In this document: one piece after another, positions 45,847-64,000 of the stretch
Layout: every line of letters begins with the position of its first letter
Numbering within the stretch: position 1 is the stretch's first letter
DNA from: Podarcis pityusensis
Lineage: Eukaryota
Length of the DNA: 64,000 nucleotides
Assembly (NCBI GenBank): GCA_964106645.2
Contig: OZ067050.1
Reading direction: 5' to 3' (one strand)
Notes under the pieces: generated by a model
Seen by the model: only the letters and a program-made list of their open reading frames with translations
The model's database searches: none
Told to the model about the DNA's origin: nothing
Position numbers and translations under genes: made by a program

Positions 45847-47713
45847 GCTTTCACCCATCTTGGTCTAAAGCCAAAACTCTCTTTTTCCGGTTGGCCTGTC
45901 AGACTTTCAACAAACGACATCATTATCCAGCATAAACACATTTGATTGCAATTTTTTTTACAGCAACATAGGAACACCCATCATTTTTCAACCAACTGCA
46001 ATGATCTGATCCTCTCCCCTCTACTAGATGTAAAAATGTGTGAGTGGTCATTTCTGGTGTGTGTGCATATTACTATTTTCTTTTCCAATAGGAAAGATGC
46101 CAGTACTTAGGAAAAAGTGCAACTGTGGTGTCTCAAGGTGCTATGACTTAGAATGTTAATATTGCTATTTAGAAGCAATTTCAAAATGAGCTTTCTGAAC
46201 TTCTCCTTTTTATTTTATCAGAGAGCTGATACCCCACCCTACAAAAAAAAAATGTTTGTGTGAAGATCAACTATCATTTTCTCTTTCCTTGCGGGAGCAG
46301 CATCTTGACCTTTTACTTCCAGAGAGCTGAAAACAAGATGTTACTCCAGAGGGTACCAACAGATGGAAATATGACAAAAAAAATCCCTCTTGGCACCAAA
46401 GGATGGGTAGCCACGCTTTGGAGAAATAAAAGAATAAGAGGTGGTTTCATATCTAAATTTCTTTATTGAACAGTGGTGTCTCCTTGACAGGTTTAATGCC
46501 ATTAGCAGTGGGTTAACACAAGATGTTTTAATTATGTACATAATTCATTTTTGTGTATATAAAATAATTCATGAAGCAGACGTATTGCACAGTCAGAAGG
46601 TCCCCATATTTAAAGACAGAGGTGGGAGGGCAGATACAATTTCAACCCTGTTGTACCCACCATTTTGGAGTTGCGGGGTGGAGACCCACCTCCCAGATCC
46701 AAAGAGTGTTTCATATTCCAAGTTTGGCATATACACACCTTCTGATTAGTTCCTCGGTTTCAGGAGGGAGGCTGGGCTGACAGGATGGTACCCCAATTGC
46801 TAATACAAGGCAGGGAGGTTTCAAAGAGACCTTTCCAACCCCAGCCTTGTTTTGAATATGAATATACATGACAAATTGCTCTGAGACTGGAGAAGGGGTT
46901 ATGGGGAAGAGATGAACAATCCTATTCCAGACCCAGTGGGAGAGGTTTGCACCCTGGTTTTTAACCCAGGCCTCAGGACAGTATTCTGACCACATTTCTT
47001 AGCAAACGCAAGCCAAGAAGAAAATTGGGGCAATCCCCACTATTGCTAGGTGAAGTATTGTGAATTGAGGCACTGGATTCCCCCAGTTTCATCCTACCCC
47101 TCATTAGTCACAGGTACAGCTGTATTGTCCTCCCCCCTTAAAAAGAAATACACATCTTTCTCCCGCGACACACACACACGTATCACAGTGACCCAACAAT
47201 GGATACTCGAGCTGCACTGCGCCATGGCAACACAGGGTGGGAATGGAGGGCAGAGGAAGACGAGAAGTAAAATACATGAGAAGAGAGTTTATAGGCAACA
47301 CTGCAGAGGTTATTTTTGTTTTCTGGAAGTAGAAAATGCCCCTCATCCTCCTATTCATCACCTTTATGCAATTTGTTTCAGCACTGTTTGTTTTTAATGC
47401 TCTTCAATGTTCCCCTGCCTCTATCCCCAACGCAAGAAGGGATTTCAGCGCCAGTATATAGATTTTTCCATTCCAGCAACTCAACCTCTCCAAGGGTTGT
47501 GGGGAGGGGAGTGCCATTCCAGTGCTGTGGGCATTATTTCACACAGACTCCCGTGCCCTCCTGCCAGGATTCCAGGCCCCCCCCCTTCCCCCACCACACA
47601 TGCACACATAACGGCAGCTACTTTTACCCACCCAACCAGCCCTTCCACAGTCCGGTCAGTCATTCTCAGGATTTTGGGGCGGGGAGGAAGAGGAGAACAC
47701 AGGGGCTGTCCCT

Positions 47714-59436
<11,723 letters not shown>

Positions 59437-60593
59437 TCATGTGCTGGGTCAGCTCCTCCTCCTGTGTCTTTCACGCTCCCTGCAGGGATTCTCCACTCAC
59501 TCCCACACTTTCCAGTGGGAAATTTGTTCTGCCTCAATGCCCCATTGCAGTTAATCAGGACAGGGTGTTGAGCATGCCAGTCTCTCTTCCTCCCGTGTCC
59601 AGAAGATCCTGAAAAACTTCCAAATGCAAGATCAGGTCGATTTGACAACGCAGTTGTTTCCTCAGAAATGAGAAAGTTTAAGGCTGTCTTTCTGCCAAAA
59701 GTCCCTCCAGGGTTGTTTTTTTCTGGAGCGCAGATGTTACAAACTTCTCTTTCCAGATCTTTGCTTCCTTAAAATCAAATGACAAAAAGGAACCCGCTGG
59801 AGCCTGCCAAGAGAGTTTCTTCCTATGTCAACAATCTGTAGAATGCAGTGTCGAAAGCGTATCCGCCGTTTTTGGATTTTTAAAAGAGAGGGCAGTCCAC
59901 AGATGTAGCACAGATCCACAGTTTATTCAGACCTCAGGCTTCCTCTGATGGGATGGGACAGAGCAAAAAGATTAGGAAGGTGAAAAAAGCACCAGGAAAT
60001 GACAGAATATTTTTTTTCCCCAAAGGAGCTGTTTTCCCCACATTCAGAAGCGGGGTGCCAAAGGGTGTTGCAGTTTACAAAGAGCTTGACGCTGAGGTCT
60101 CCAAAGGAAATAAGTAATTCAGAACTTTCCAAAAAAATAATAATACAGGACAGAAGATTTATTCCAAAAGGTGGCTTTTAAAATTAAAAAAAAGGAAACC
60201 CAGAGGGGAAAATACAAATCCTCAGACCAAAATTTGTGGTTCTGCCAAAAAAAGGAAAAAGGAATGAACTGATTAAGGACCAGAGAAATTATTTTAAAAT
60301 ATATATATCCAGAAAAGGGGAATTTAGGTCCTTCCAAAAGCCTTCCTGTATCAAAAAATAAATGGTAAAACAGAGGGGTGACAACCAGACATTGACCAAT
60401 ACTTTCAATTGGGGTGGGAAGAAGAGAGAGGTGGTTAGTGAAATAAGAGAAAGGGGTGGGGGGGAGAACGAGGGTCAAATAAAGCAGGGAGTTTCGCCCC
60501 CACCTAAGGGATCTAAGCCAATCGGAAGGACCTTAAAGTTTCTCTCCAAATGACCTGGCAGCCTTTTCTTTTCCTAACATTCGCTGGGGCGGG

Positions 60594-60594
<1 letters not shown>

Positions 60595-60636
<42 letters not shown>
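60595..60636. repeat. (GA)n microsatellite
   Basis: Directly visible. Confidence 0.9.
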
Positions 60637-60640
<4 letters not shown>

Positions 60641-60759
60641 GAGAGCCACGAAAACAGGCGAGAAAGGGAAGGAGGGAGAGATGTGCCGGGTCTGGAAGCA
60701 CGAGGAAACCCTGGATCTCGGGAATCAATGAAGGATCGGGGGAAGGGGAGGCTCAGGCT

Positions 60760-61150
60760 GGGGAAGGGGCGCAGGGCGCATCTGCAAGGGGAGGGAGGCC
60801 AGGCGGGTCTCGCGGCTGTGCGGCTGTCGCCCTCCGTCCCTCTCCCGGCCGGACGCTGGGCTGCGATCAGATGACCGCGGAGCTCGCAGGCGGCCGCTTC
60901 CTTCCTGCCTCTCCCCTCCTGCTGCTCCTGCTGCTGCCGCTTCCTCCGCCTCCTTCCCAGGCGCAGCAGCCGCCGCCTCTCGCGCCCGCTCGGGCCGATG
61001 GAACGCCAGGGCGAGATTGGAATCAGCCGGGAGGGGGCGGGGCCGGGGGCGGGGCCCGGTTTATAATGGGCGGTGCCGGGCGGGTGGGCGGGGCTTCCAA
61101 GTGGGGAGAGGCGGCAATAAAGAATGGGCGGGGCTTAAACGCGACAGGGC
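60760..61150 (-). promoter_or_regulatory. CpG-island promoter of the RAB35-like gene
   Basis: Clustered GGGGCGGGG boxes, CCAAT on the - strand at 61016-61020, high CpG density upstream of the first coding exon. Confidence 0.7.
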
Positions 61151-62689
61151 TGGGCTGGGGATTTGAGTTCCGTTGAAGCCAATTTAAGCAATCTTTATTA
61201 TTATTTTTATTTATTCTCATTATTATATTAGAATTTAACTCAGTCCTCGGGGTTAAGGACATTTATGCTGAAATGCGGCTAGACGTAAAGCAAAAATGTA
61301 AATATACGTGGGTGGGTCAGTGCAGCAGCCCGAGAGCCTTCAGCAGGTATACTCGGGAGTAAGCCGGGCATAATTTAATTAGGGCCCGTTTCTGCGGAGG
61401 CGAGTGCCCCAACAGGATTACAGCCTGAAAATAGTCCGTGAAGGCTGCAGCCCGGTGTACTCGGGGAAGCAAATCCCGCGGAATGCATATTTATTTCTAG
61501 CAATCGCCGATCGGGCATAGGATCGGCTTGCCAGGGAATGGGCACGTTCAACTCCACTCCCCCCCCCCCGGGAAATAAAGACCTAACGAAGCAGGGGGGC
61601 TAAATTCCGAGCAGAAAAGTGCCAAGAGCTGTGCTGCATTTAGCACTACGGATCAAAGGAGACGGGGGAAGGCGATTACTAAGTTAATGATAATTAACTC
61701 AGTGATTTAAATTAATTTCAATTCATGATTCAATTCACGACGACGACTTGGTAATATGCAGCTGGGAGACCTCCGTGCAACAAGCAACGAACAAGTCTAA
61801 TAAATTTAATGTTCACACCAGCAACACCCCTGTGCATATAAATAAAGCCAGTCCGATACAGATAATATATGGCTTAAATAATGCCGGCACTGATGGGAAA
61901 CAAAGCACAGTGAGGCGGATAAAGGATGTGTGTGTGTGGAGGGTTTGAAGTCCAGTAGGAGGGGCATCAGGTAGGAATGGAAAAGTAGGATTGGAATTGG
62001 GGTGGTGCTTCTGTTTGCTTGTTGTGGTTTCTCTTTTTCTTACAAGGCCCCTATGTTTAAAAGCAGCTACACAGCAGGCAGAAATTCAACAGGTGCAGCT
62101 TTTCCTTGCATGGTGATGCAGTGATGCAACTCTCTCCACTTCCTTGGGAGAAGTGACTGGGAGATTGGTGCTCTGCTCTTTTGGAGTAATGGTCTTGGGA
62201 GGACTCTTAAGCTTCCAGCCACTTCTTCTTGCCCACTAGTTAACCACACCGCCCCTCAGAGGGCCCAGGACTCCATTGCAAACTGCTGTTCCACCACTGG
62301 GGAGGGGGGAGGCTGGAAGATTGGCAGCTGCGTCCTCTGTTTACTTTGTCCATCTGCCTCATCTGTCTGTTCTGCATTCCTCTCTGCAGGGTTGAGATGC
62401 CAACTGCAGCCACCCCCTCAGCACTGCAAGAAATGCTCATATTGTTCTCTTGTTAGGCCCACTTGCGAGTAGAAAAATGCCACCCAGATGGGCACGGCTG
62501 GTGTGCAGTGGGGAGGGCATGAACGGAAAAGGCCCAGGGATCCTCTTTGCTAGAACAAGGGGCGCCATCTCTCCCTGGCAGAATAAAAAAACACAACTTT
62601 GCTCATTTTAGTTTAAGTGAATGCAAATTAAAATAGTCCATGACCCAGGGTTCAAGTCCTGTTAAAATGAAAGTATACTCTGATCAAAG

Positions 62690-63495
62690 CAACCACTCTA
62701 CAGTGCCACAAATCCAACTCAATGCTGCAACGTTGGAAAGTGTCAATGACTTCTCCTACCTGGGCAGTTATCTTTCCACAAAGGCAACATTGATGCTGAA
62801 ATCCAGCATCGCCTGAGCTCTGCGAGTGCAGCCTTTTCCCGATTGAAGTGCAGAGTGTTTGAAGACCGGGACATTTTAATTTAAAAAATGCTTGTTTACA
62901 AAGTTTACTACCAACCTTACTGTATGCTTGTGGAACACGGACCACTTATAAATGCCACCTCCAACTCTTCGAAACATTCCACCAAAAGTTTCTCCAAAAA
63001 TTTTTACACATCCCCTGGGAAGATAGGCAAACTAATGCCAGTGTACTGGAAGAAGCAAAGACCTCCATTTTCGAAGCAATGATTCTTCAACATCAACTTT
63101 GTTGGACTGGTCATGTTGTTCAGATGCCTGATTACCGTCTTCCAAAGCAACTACTCTATTCCAAACTTTAAAATGGAAAGTGTAATGCTGGTGGTCAACA
63201 AAAGAGGTTTAAAGACACTCTCAAGGCAAATGTAGTATAAACATCGACAATTGGGAAACCCTGGCATGCGAGCGCTCCAGTTGGAGAATAGCCTTTGGAC
63301 ACTCAAACTCAGGATGAGAGGGAGAAATGTGCTAAGAGGGAGGTACGTTTGGCAAACCCTCACCATGATCAACTCCCATCCAGAAACCTATGTCCCCACT
63401 GTGGAAGGACATGTAGATCCACTTACAGATTCACTGTTAAGACCGTGTTCATGGAAGACAATTTTTCTTGGCTTCAAGTGACCGCCAAAGAATAA
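62690..63495 (+). mobile_element. Degenerate RTE-clade LINE 3' fragment
   Basis: Frameshifted ORF pieces LESVNDFSYLGS, DAEIQHRLSSASAAFSRL, PTLLYAC, WEDRQTNASVLEEA, QLCWTGHVVQMPDYRLPKQLLY, GGQQKRFKDTLK and C-terminal CPHCGRTC. Confidence 0.85.
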
Positions 63496-64000
63496 TACTC
63501 TGATCAGATTGGTTTAAATTTTGATCTGATGGTAACAGGAAATATAGTTATTCCCCACCACCACTGCTGAGGGGTGATGGAAAAAGCAGTCTGCCTATTA
63601 AAACAGAAACAGCATTTTTGTTAATCTCTCCAGATTGGCTTTCAGAAGGTACAAGTGAGGGCTCTCCCCCCCCAATAACAAAATGTTGCAGCGTGTCACC
63701 AGCTCACAACTTTGAGCATGTGCAGCTTCTAGGCAACATCCAAGGCCCCGATTACAAGTTGGCTGAGACAAAGTTTTGCAAACTTAAGCACTGTTTCCTT
63801 AGAATTTCCTAGAATTATTGGTTCCACTAAGAGGTGCCCAACCTTCCCAGCATTCCCTGCTCTGTGTGAGTAGGCCGCAACCTCCCTCCCAAAGAACCTG
63901 CTTCCCTAGATCAGACAGTGAGGGAGGCGTGAGGTTTAAGAACCATACTTCTTTATTTAATAAACAGAATAGTATTAAATCTGTATTAACAAAATATACA

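Overview
Vertebrate genomic DNA from a squamate reptile, probably a lacertid lizard (Sauria SINEs, BovB, CR1, L2 and pogo-type MITEs). The region corresponds to human 16p13.3. Six spliced genes were reconstructed by hand with GT-AG introns in consistent phase: TNFRSF12A/Fn14 (+), a ZG16-like jacalin lectin (+), an uncharacterised 7-exon Mab-21/cGAS-like gene (+), THOC6 (-), HCFC1R1 (+, head-to-head with THOC6) and a divergent RAB35 paralog (-). The most striking feature is the Mab-21/cGAS-like gene. It keeps the fold motifs but its catalytic acidic triad is degraded (G/D/K), its promoter carries IRF/ISRE-type elements, and it ends in an EHMYEEV SH2-docking-like tail, which suggests an interferon-inducible pseudo-cGAS scaffold. 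It sits beside a lectin lacking the canonical sugar-binding Asp and a possible (speculative) IL32-like remnant. Most long ORFs in the supplied track are artefacts of repeats or read-through of introns. All protein comparisons are from memory, not from database searches.
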